Source of the DNA: a virus
Length of the DNA: 64,000 nucleotides
Direction: 5' to 3' (one strand)
IMG/VR virus record: IMGVR_UViG_3300035681_000001
Location: 64,001-128,000 of that record
This document shows, piece by piece, positions 37,161 to 44,853 of this stretch (positions are counted from its first letter, which is position 1; each line of letters starts with the position of its first letter). The position numbers and the translations under genes were made by a program. The notes below the pieces were generated by a model, which worked only from the letters and a program-made list of their open reading frames with translations, was not told the origin of the DNA and ran no database searches.

Positions 37161-38483
37161 TCAGAATGTACCGTAGTTGACGTTAGCCTCAAGGATCAGC
37201 GAGCTGGTGAGGTCATTAGGTTCACAAACAGTCAAGTTAGCAATCCAATGGGGGTACACAGCAAAAGGCAAGAACGCGTCACCCATTTGCATAACCCGAC
37301 CCGGAGGAGAAGGAGGTGCAGCATCAGGGCTGGTACGCATATAAATGCCAGCAGTACCGTCAGGCGCTTCACCCACGCAGTGTTGAGTCATACCCAAAGA
37401 AGCACCACCACCTTGCATATCACGAGGAGCTACCAGCGCTACTTTGTTAGCAGGCCAGTAAACTTTGATGGTGTTAGTAACAGGATCACGGTACAAACCG
37501 TTAATCTCTCGAATACGCAAACCAGCAATAGAAGTCAGGCGACCACCTGGACCAAAAGTAGCCCAACCAGCAGGCAGAGCACCTTGAGAAGCACCGACTG
37601 CTGCATTACCTGCTACCGAACCAGCTTGGTTAAGTACCATCAAACCAGGTAGACCTTGGTAAGCCTTAAGGTACTCGTTAGTAGACTGAATAACAGTCAG
37701 CAACTGAGGAGACATAACAATCTCCGTAAAACGGTTTTTGTTAGTCAGCTCTAGGTATTGAGCAATCAGTTGAATACAACGAATGATGTTAGCTCGGGGG
37801 TGAGTCCAAGGTACACCAAAGCGATCATCCGAAGAAGTAAAGAAAGCAGCTTCGGTACGACCTGCATCATTAACCAAAGCGGTAGCTGCAGTATAAGAAG
37901 TACCAGCAATAGTTTGAGTAGCACCAGCAGCTACTGCACCATTCCAGCCTTTATAGCTAAAGAAATTCTGGGCCGGGATATTGGTACTTACGTTAATACT
38001 TACACCAGTACGAGGATCAGTGTAGTTAATACCACCCAACAGAGTCTTGGAACGGAAAAGCTCCTTAACGCGCATGTGGCGGTTAACGAGCTTCTGAACC
38101 CGACGAGACACAATCTCAGCAGGTGACCACTGTTGATTTACAGTGCCCGGCTGGCGAAGTTGGTTAATAAGAGCTTGTTCGATAAAGTCTTCTTCCCGCA
38201 CTGAAGCAGGAGTTACGCGCATCGAACGAGTCCGGTCGGGCTCTACAAAACCACCACCAGGAACACCAAAACGAACAATAGGCATAATGCCCAGACCTTC
38301 GATGATCTGTTCGATCACGATAGTCCGTTCGTTAATAGTAGTATCTGGGAAAAGGTCTTGTAGGCCACCAATTTCCACAGTCTCAAAAGATCGCGCCAGC
38401 ATAGTCAGCTGCAGCGAACCTAGAGAAGGAATATCACCTGTATACGCGTAAGGAGTAGTCTCAGCCTGAAACTCTAGAGCCAT
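37161..38483 (-). CDS. Major capsid protein (HK97 fold, lambda gpE-like family)
   Basis: 440 aa after the protease; LQDLFPDTTINERTIVIEQ...GIMPIVRFG pattern. Confidence 0.85.
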   Translation of the reverse strand: MALEFQAETTPYAYTGDIPSLGSLQLTMLARSFETVEIGGLQDLFPDTTINERTIVIEQIIEGLGIMPIVRFGVPGGGFVEPDRTRSMRVTPASVREEDFIEQALINQLRQPGTVNQQWSPAEIVSRRVQKLVNRHMRVKELFRSKTLLGGINYTDPRTGVSINVSTNIPAQNFFSYKGWNGAVAAGATQTIAGTSYTAATALVNDAGRTEAAFFTSSDDRFGVPWTHPRANIIRCIQLIAQYLELTNKNRFTEIVMSPQLLTVIQSTNEYLKAYQGLPGLMVLNQAGSVAGNAAVGASQGALPAGWATFGPGGRLTSIAGLRIREINGLYRDPVTNTIKVYWPANKVALVAPRDMQGGGASLGMTQHCVGEAPDGTAGIYMRTSPDAAPPSPPGRVMQMGDAFLPFAVYPHWIANLTVCEPNDLTSSLILEANVNYGTF

Positions 38484-38513
38484 TTGTTTGCCTCGAAGGG
38501 ATTAAATAGAAAA

Positions 38514-39533
38514 TCAGACTTGAGCAGCCCGAGCTTGGTTAGCAGCTATAATATGAGCATAAGGGTTTTCTTCAGCAACTCCAGCCGAATCTGCCGCAGA
38601 TTCTTGAGAACCTTTAGGCTCGCTATAAACTTGCTTGTTATCGCTAGACAAAGTACGAAGCAGACCCATTACCTGCTCAGCCTGAGGCTCAGAAAGTACT
38701 TCTTGACGAAGCATTTCAGAATACTTTTCTTTAACAGGAGCAGCTAGGTTCAGCGAAGACACTTCAGACAAACGCTGATCCAAAGCCTGAGCTTTCAGAC
38801 GAGCACGGGTTTGAGCTAGTTCAGTTTTTGTACCTTCCAGTTCACCTCGAAGGGTTTCTACTGCAGTTACTAGTTCAGTAAACTTTTCGAGATCAACTGC
38901 ACTAGCAGCGACCTGAACCGGAGCAGTTTCAGTGGCCATAACATCAGAATCAGGGTTAGCTAAAACAGAAACGGCAAACAGCGTAGGGGCTGTGCCATCA
39001 GACTCAGAGAACTGTAGGTGTTCCCCAGCCTCTACACGAGGCATACGAGTCAAGAACGGTGTGTTAGTAAGTGCAGCACCTACTAATAGAGTACCAATAG
39101 ATTCGCCAGTTTCTTTAGAGTTTGCATCACGCACAATCTCTGCAGAAGAATAGCGGAACTTCCCTTGCTTCGTGTTTTGAAAGGCCTCGTCGTCTACCGG
39201 TTCATATTCCCCAAAAAGGGTATCTGATTCTTGGTAGAGCTTATTCAAAAAGGCAACTGCCGGAGCACCACCTACAGTACTACGATCAGTAGGGTGACCT
39301 AGGTATAGAGGAGGCTCATAACCCGTTACTCGTGCATTCCAGTTACTTTGTATTTGGTCAAAGTCTTTCTGAGAAAAAGTAACCTGACCGTATTGGGGGT
39401 GCACCCACTCTCCCATAACAGCAATAGGTACTCGGATGTACCGATTACCCTTTGAATCGGAAGATTCAGAGAGCTCCCATCTGCGGTTATAAGGTAGCGG
39501 AAATTGATTCATTGGAATCTTCATCTCATACAC
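38514..39533 (-). CDS. Mu gpI-like prohead protease/scaffold
   Basis: IAVMGEWVHPQYG, PLYLGH, GAPAVA, RYSSAE and LVGAALTNTPFL, plus a coiled-coil C-terminus. Confidence 0.85.
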   Translation of the reverse strand: MYEMKIPMNQFPLPYNRRWELSESSDSKGNRYIRVPIAVMGEWVHPQYGQVTFSQKDFDQIQSNWNARVTGYEPPLYLGHPTDRSTVGGAPAVAFLNKLYQESDTLFGEYEPVDDEAFQNTKQGKFRYSSAEIVRDANSKETGESIGTLLVGAALTNTPFLTRMPRVEAGEHLQFSESDGTAPTLFAVSVLANPDSDVMATETAPVQVAASAVDLEKFTELVTAVETLRGELEGTKTELAQTRARLKAQALDQRLSEVSSLNLAAPVKEKYSEMLRQEVLSEPQAEQVMGLLRTLSSDNKQVYSEPKGSQESAADSAGVAEENPYAHIIAANQARAAQV

Positions 39534-39578
39534 AAATGTAAGGGCAAACGAAAGGAAAAAACAAGAGGTATTTTTGGA

Positions 39579-40400
39579 TCAACCAAAAGCCTTAGTTACT
39601 GAACCATGCTTTGCTCTGTATTTCGATACGTACTTCTGACGAGTGTACTCCAAAGCCATAGCAGAATCAGGGTTACTAAACCTAGTTACAGTCATGTCTC
39701 TAGCTTCACTATATAACTCAGGGTCTGCAAAAACTAGGGGTTGAGGGTTAATAACTACTGGAGCTGGTACTACTGGAGCAGGTTCACTAGGTAGCGATAC
39801 AGCTGTAGTAGCAGGTAGTTCAGTCGCTGGTGCCGGTGCCGGTGCTACTGGCGTAGGCACTACCTGTGGTGCTACAACTGGTTGAACTGGAACTACAGGT
39901 TCAGTTAGAACTTCAGTAGGCTTAGTTTCTAACTTGTTTAACAGCTCGTTGGCAGAATCAGAAAAAGCTTGGTTGGGCACTACACCAGCATCAGGCTTTA
40001 CTGATCCGTAAAGCTCAAAAGCACTACACGTATAACCTGAGCTACAAGGAAAGTCAAACTTGGTGCAGTAGCCTGCACGATCTCTACCGTAAGATTCACC
40101 ATAACTAGTCTCAAAATAGTGGCACTTGGCGCAACTCTTAGAAGGACCGTAATCGCTAGGAAGAGAACCTACCGGGTTACAGCAGCTAAATTTCCGTAGA
40201 GTTTCCTGAGACATAACACGTTGAGACATAATAGGTGTCGAGGGAGGTACCACCTCAGAAAACTGCTGGGGAGGTGCTACTTGAGGTTGTGAGTAAATAC
40301 CTGCTGTAGGTGAACCACCAAAAATAGGTTCTATAGCAGACCCGGTACTCGCAGCAGTTAGTCGAGTACTCTGATTGATAAAATCGTTCAGTAAATCCAA
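39579..40400 (-). CDS. Hypothetical protein with Cys cluster and Pro-rich linker
   Basis: SCAKCHYF...GYCTKFDFPCSSGYTCSAF. Confidence 0.6.
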   Translation of the reverse strand: MDLLNDFINQSTRLTAASTGSAIEPIFGGSPTAGIYSQPQVAPPQQFSEVVPPSTPIMSQRVMSQETLRKFSCCNPVGSLPSDYGPSKSCAKCHYFETSYGESYGRDRAGYCTKFDFPCSSGYTCSAFELYGSVKPDAGVVPNQAFSDSANELLNKLETKPTEVLTEPVVPVQPVVAPQVVPTPVAPAPAPATELPATTAVSLPSEPAPVVPAPVVINPQPLVFADPELYSEARDMTVTRFSNPDSAMALEYTRQKYVSKYRAKHGSVTKAFG

Positions 40401-40476
40401 AGGACGTTAGCCGCATTACTCTAACTTACCTTACACTACACCAGAAAAACAAAGAACACCCAATGAGGAAAAAACA

Positions 40477-41058
40477 ATGCACACCCCCAGACTAATAGCA
40501 GTAAGGACAGAGCTAAATGAAGCTCTGAAAAAAGTTAAAGAAGTTACTTTTTCAGCAGCTGAAGACTGTTTGTACATAAACCAAAAAAAGTTACCTCTAA
40601 ACGCTCCAGCCTTAAAGGATCCAGCATTTGTCAAACGCTGGGCTCTAGCTCGCATCCTACTAAATGAACCTGTCCTGAATGAAGAAAAACTAGTTGCTTC
40701 AGCGTGTATAGAACAAATAATAGAAACACAAGTAGACCGGGCACTTATAAAACAAGGTTTTGTAAGGTGGACTTGTTGGGGTAAAGCTAGGTCTTTAGAC
40801 CTAAAAGAAGCGCCTGCAGAACTTTGGTTGGTAGCAGCCAAAGCACTACAAGAAGGGTACGTACTTAAAGAAGCTGTAGGTTCGCACTTTTGGGTAACAG
40901 CCCCTTCGGGCCTACAGCATGTAACTACTTTTAGGGAGTGTAACTGTGTAGAATTCTCAAGGCGGCATGAATGTGTACACCACCAACTTGTTCTTGCAGC
41001 CCAAGCTAAGAGGAGCTTATTCCTCCAACACCAATTAATTGAACAATGCTTCCTATGA
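40477..41058 (+). CDS. SWIM zinc-finger protein
   Basis: CNC-x9-CVH (ECNCVEFSRRHECVHH); GAGG RBS upstream. Confidence 0.75.
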   Translation: MHTPRLIAVRTELNEALKKVKEVTFSAAEDCLYINQKKLPLNAPALKDPAFVKRWALARILLNEPVLNEEKLVASACIEQIIETQVDRALIKQGFVRWTCWGKARSLDLKEAPAELWLVAAKALQEGYVLKEAVGSHFWVTAPSGLQHVTTFRECNCVEFSRRHECVHHQLVLAAQAKRSLFLQHQLIEQCFL

Positions 41059-41660
41059 TTAGCGCAGAAGCTCTTAGCTTACTGAAACCTAGAATTGTAG
41101 AAATTGAACCTGGCTGGGCTCCTAGACCAGCTAACCAAGGTGATGTCGGGGCGGACTTAAAGCTGTATATAGAACCCGGAGAAGAAGAATACTACTGTGA
41201 CTGTGTATTAACTCCTAATTTAGTAGTTGATGGAAAACTAGTAGAAGACTACTCTGCCGCTCAAACTTTAATAGATACTAGTCGTATCGTAGTCTTGCAA
41301 CCTGGCCAAACTAGGATCTTCAATGCGGGCTTTAAGATTGCCGTAAATGCCGTTGCTAGTCTCGCACCTCTTATTCCTGTCTACTACATAGTTAGTCGTT
41401 CTGGGTTATCCACCAAGTTCAAAGTATCTGTCACCAATCGTCCAGGTGTTATAGATCCCGTAACGTATAGAGGTTGGGTAAAAGTCTCGCTGGAAAACAC
41501 CGGTGTGTGCACCCACGTTTTTACGCACGGTGCAAGAATCGCTCAAGGTATTTTACAGTTAGTAATTGACCAGTCTTACTGGTCACCGGAAGAACTAATC
41601 GTAGAATCTTTAGAAGAAACTGTTCGTGGTACCGGCGGCTTCGGGTCCACAGGGGTGTGA
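41046..41660 (+). CDS. dut: Trimeric dUTPase
   Basis: All five motifs present: GADL, SRSGL, GVIDPVTYRG, RIAQ, RGTGGFGSTG. Confidence 0.93.
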   Translation: MLPMISAEALSLLKPRIVEIEPGWAPRPANQGDVGADLKLYIEPGEEEYYCDCVLTPNLVVDGKLVEDYSAAQTLIDTSRIVVLQPGQTRIFNAGFKIAVNAVASLAPLIPVYYIVSRSGLSTKFKVSVTNRPGVIDPVTYRGWVKVSLENTGVCTHVFTHGARIAQGILQLVIDQSYWSPEELIVESLEETVRGTGGFGSTGV

Positions 41661-41661
41661 G

Positions 41662-42126
41662 ATGTCAATAGAATTCATTAAAAAAGAAGGATTGGGTGAC
41701 ACCTGGGCTGAGTACCAAACCAGGTTTCCGTCACTACCAGAGTTTTACTTCAAAACTCTGCAATATCCTACTAGCTGCTCTAAAGCCGAGGAGCTAGTAA
41801 GACTAATCCAACTTGAAATGAATTCTATTGATGCTCAATTCATAGAACGTCGAGTAGAACTGGAAACAGTAAACACAGCCCAAAAAGACTCAGTTACCGC
41901 AGAACACGAACGGTGGAAACTAAAAGCCTTAAGGGCAGTGAGGATGAAAGCTGCACAAATACAAATACTGCAAGCTTGGATAGCAGATAACTCAAAAACC
42001 CACGAAAGCCGCTTTACACAACTTGAGTCTGAGTTATCTGCTTTACGTAAGGCCTTACTAAAGCTGGTATCGTCAGTAGAAATCTCAGACTCAACTTATT
42101 GTGAAATTATTAAGCTGCTGGCTTAG
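41662..42126 (+). CDS. Hypothetical coiled-coil protein
   Basis: ATG 41662 follows the dut stop; converges on the portal gene with a 17-nt overlap. Confidence 0.65.
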   Translation: MSIEFIKKEGLGDTWAEYQTRFPSLPEFYFKTLQYPTSCSKAEELVRLIQLEMNSIDAQFIERRVELETVNTAQKDSVTAEHERWKLKALRAVRMKAAQIQILQAWIADNSKTHESRFTQLESELSALRKALLKLVSSVEISDSTYCEIIKLLA

Positions 42127-43567
42127 CTGGCAACCTAGCTTGACGATTAGGCATACTATTTCCAGTAGGACGACCTCTACCACCCGTACCGCCCTTACCT
42201 GTTTCATCAGCACCAGGTTTAGGTAGTAAAGGATTAATAACTACCTGTTGAATAAATCGCAAATCATCAGCATCCATCTTACGATCTGACAACCTAACCA
42301 TCTGCCTAACCATGTCCCAATCTTGCGGGTTAGTAGGGTTTAGGTAACCAGTATCAGTAAGACCTTTAACCATTTGCATGGTAGCCACGCGGTCTTCGGG
42401 ACGATCTGAATAAACCCTAGTAAAAGTAGGGGGTATCTTTGCAGAAGCTCTGCTGAAGTTCCACTCTACTAACGGCATCATTACTTTACGCAACACCACT
42501 GAGGTTAAGTTCCGGCGGTGAGAATCTAGAGCATTGTAGTAAGCTTCCATGCGGCGCTCTTTAGCTTCAGGGTCAGCTTTACTATTAGCTGCTTGGTGAT
42601 CTGAAATTAAGAAATAAGGCAGAATGTGTTTGGTTGACTCTTGGTCGGTATAGGCAATAGCATCTAAGAAAGTAGTTCCTACGTTATCAAACAACGGAAC
42701 TGAATTTACTGTAGGTTTGTTTTCTGGGCTCTGCTGAGGCAAAAACAGAAACTCAGGAGGACCTTCGATGTTCTCTAGTTGCTCCCTAACTAGATCCAAA
42801 GTAGTAATAGGTTTTTGTTCACCAGTAGAAACGTCCAGCCGTTTTTCAGGTAACTCGTAACTAGGGATAGAAATAGAAGTCATACGGGACCCAGTTTTAT
42901 CCAACGCGGCGCCCATCATGTCAATAATGGCTTCTTTTAAGCGATACCACTTGTAACTAGGAGCTATCAACGATCGACCGTAATAATTACCGTAGTCAGA
43001 CTCATTAGCTAAATAAAGGGTCTTCCACAGCGGCAGCTTTACTTCAGCTTGCAACGGGTTCAAACCTACTTGGTAAAAACCTGATTTATGGTAACCATCC
43101 ATAGTAGGCTTACCCTCTGTCAATCGCCCGTGCTTGTCTGGGTAAATCAAGCACGTTGAAGGGTGGTAGGTTAGCAAGTCATGCAAATACAACTGCCCAA
43201 ACTTGAGATCAAACATTACCTCCGTAAGAGAATATCCAGCCCAAAAGCTAGTGTGCTGGATAGTAGACAAACAGTTCTGCCAAGACCTACCGTGTTCGTC
43301 TTCTAGTTGTTTTATGTTGTCGTTTAGAAATTCAGCTATTTCTGGATCAGGGTGAGTTAGTTCACCAATAGTCCCTACTATGGAATTAACTTGTGTGTGC
43401 AGAGCAGTTTTGATAGTTAAGTCTTGTCTCCACATTCTTTCATAAAGCCTTAGCCTAGCTATTAAAGGTCGGCGTATAGCATCTGTTAAAGAAAAGCTGC
43501 CTAGTTGTGCAAACTTACCCCGAGCTGCACTCTTAGACAAATAACTTAGATCTCCAGATACAGGCAT
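42110..43567 (-). CDS. Portal protein (Mu gp29/DUF935-like)
   Basis: LYERMWRQDLTIKTAL, FWAGYSLTEVMF and GNYYGRSLIAPSYKWYRLK. Confidence 0.88.
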   Translation of the reverse strand: MPVSGDLSYLSKSAARGKFAQLGSFSLTDAIRRPLIARLRLYERMWRQDLTIKTALHTQVNSIVGTIGELTHPDPEIAEFLNDNIKQLEDEHGRSWQNCLSTIQHTSFWAGYSLTEVMFDLKFGQLYLHDLLTYHPSTCLIYPDKHGRLTEGKPTMDGYHKSGFYQVGLNPLQAEVKLPLWKTLYLANESDYGNYYGRSLIAPSYKWYRLKEAIIDMMGAALDKTGSRMTSISIPSYELPEKRLDVSTGEQKPITTLDLVREQLENIEGPPEFLFLPQQSPENKPTVNSVPLFDNVGTTFLDAIAYTDQESTKHILPYFLISDHQAANSKADPEAKERRMEAYYNALDSHRRNLTSVVLRKVMMPLVEWNFSRASAKIPPTFTRVYSDRPEDRVATMQMVKGLTDTGYLNPTNPQDWDMVRQMVRLSDRKMDADDLRFIQQVVINPLLPKPGADETGKGGTGGRGRPTGNSMPNRQARLPAKPAA

Positions 43568-44118
43568 TAGTTAAAAGCGCGGTGCATAGACTCGTTGGCT
43601 CTACCAAAGTTTAAATTAGACCCTACATTCATAGAATCTAACTTAAACTGTTGTTCTTTTTCCTGTTGAGCACGACGAACACGTTCAGCGTGCTCAGTGG
43701 TTTCTTTTAGTATCGCATCCATAATAACAGTTGGGTAGCCATATTGTTCAACCCACCAATCACTACCCAACCAGTCCTTCAAGCATACTGACCCACCTAA
43801 AGCTGTAAATTCACGTATACGGTATTTATTAGTGTAGTGCTGTAAGTGCTCTAGCTTTACTAGTTCTTTGTCCAAAATAAACTGGTTGTATTCTTGTTCT
43901 GTCCAACCAGACCAGGGGCCGAAGCCCCACCAGTCTGGGTGAACTGAAGTAGCTCCGTAAGTAGCTCCGTAGTAGTCAAACTCTAAAGATTGAGGTACTG
44001 GAGGTACGTAGTTTAAGTAAGGTATCAGTCCTGAGTTACTACCAAGGCTGAGCGAGTAGTACCTTTCGCTTTTGATTCTGGTTTCACTGACCCACCGCGC
44101 CGACCTAACTGCTTTCCC
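43567..44118 (-). CDS. -1 frameshift extension (gpT-like part of a gpGT fusion of about 408 aa)
   Basis: The -1 frame opens after a TAA just upstream of GGGAAAG and stays open to 43567. The track's 102-aa ORF is only its tail. Confidence 0.75.
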   Translation of the reverse strand, partial: GKAVRSARWVSETRIKSERYYSLSLGSNSGLIPYLNYVPPVPQSLEFDYYGATYGATSVHPDWWGFGPWSGWTEQEYNQFILDKELVKLEHLQHYTNKYRIREFTALGGSVCLKDWLGSDWWVEQYGYPTVIMDAILKETTEHAERVRRAQQEKEQQFKLDSMNVGSNLNFGRANESMHRAFN

Positions 44119-44792
44119 AGGGTCTTAGCTGACTCAGTTTGAGCATCATCAATAGTAAACATATTGATGAAAATCAAGTTAGCAACTTGAACATCCATAA
44201 TAGGCAGTGGATCTAAAATAGCCACTGGGTCTTTTTTAGCAGTACGATCAATTTCTACTCCATCAATATGCGTGATGCAAATCGACATCAGCATTTCTTC
44301 CAAAGAACACCCGTTAGTTTCAGGACCTTGGTGACTGCGATCAGCAGACATCTGAGTACCAGTGTTGGGCCTAGTAAAAGTTACTGTATGTAAGTTAGAA
44401 GGCAAAAAGTCTTTAGCTAGGGTGTAACTAAGAGTAGGGGCACCCAACGCAAGGTTTTGTGCTTGTTGTCTAGCCACTCGTGCTTCAGCAGGAGACATAA
44501 AGTAACCTTCCATAAAAGCAATCAGCAGAAACTGTTTGTCTTCAATGCTGAGGTTGCTAAGCCGGTCGATTACATCCCGAGCGTTATTATCAAATTCTTT
44601 ACCGTTAACACCTACAAAAGAAAGAGCAAACAGCAGTTCTTCTACGCTGTAACCTGGTGAAGGCTGATTCTGACCAGGGTAAGGATAACGCTTGCGGGCT
44701 TCTCTCCAATCCCCAAAAGTCGGTTCCTTGAGTAGGATAGAGAAAGACTTAGAAGGAATCTGATCCTTCTCAATGGTAATCAGCTCGGTCAT
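44025..44792 (-). CDS. Tail assembly chaperone (gpG-like)
   Basis: Two similar half-domains (LKEPTFGD...EELLFALSFVGVNG and FTRPNTGT...EEMLMSICITHIDG) and a GGGAAAG slippery site near the end. Confidence 0.75.
   Translation of the reverse strand: MTELITIEKDQIPSKSFSILLKEPTFGDWREARKRYPYPGQNQPSPGYSVEELLFALSFVGVNGKEFDNNARDVIDRLSNLSIEDKQFLLIAFMEGYFMSPAEARVARQQAQNLALGAPTLSYTLAKDFLPSNLHTVTFTRPNTGTQMSADRSHQGPETNGCSLEEMLMSICITHIDGVEIDRTAKKDPVAILDPLPIMDVQVANLIFINMFTIDDAQTESAKTLGKQLGRRGGSVKPESKAKGTTRSALVVTQD
44112..44118 (-). promoter_or_regulatory. Programmed -1 ribosomal frameshift site G GGA AAG
   Basis: Same heptamer and phase (Gly-Lys) as the lambda G/T site. Confidence 0.8.
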
Positions 44793-44853
44793 GTTCAATT
44801 TGGTTAGTTTAGGGGCCTAGACCCTACCTAATCATACACCTCTAATTTACTGA

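Noticed and set aside
12394-38747. Plus-strand ORFs of 60-135 aa opposite structural genes
   Set aside because: Antisense shadows of well-supported genes, with no RBS or recognisable domain.
43567-43875. Independent 102-aa gene with TTG start
   Set aside because: Better explained as the end of the -1 frameshift product.
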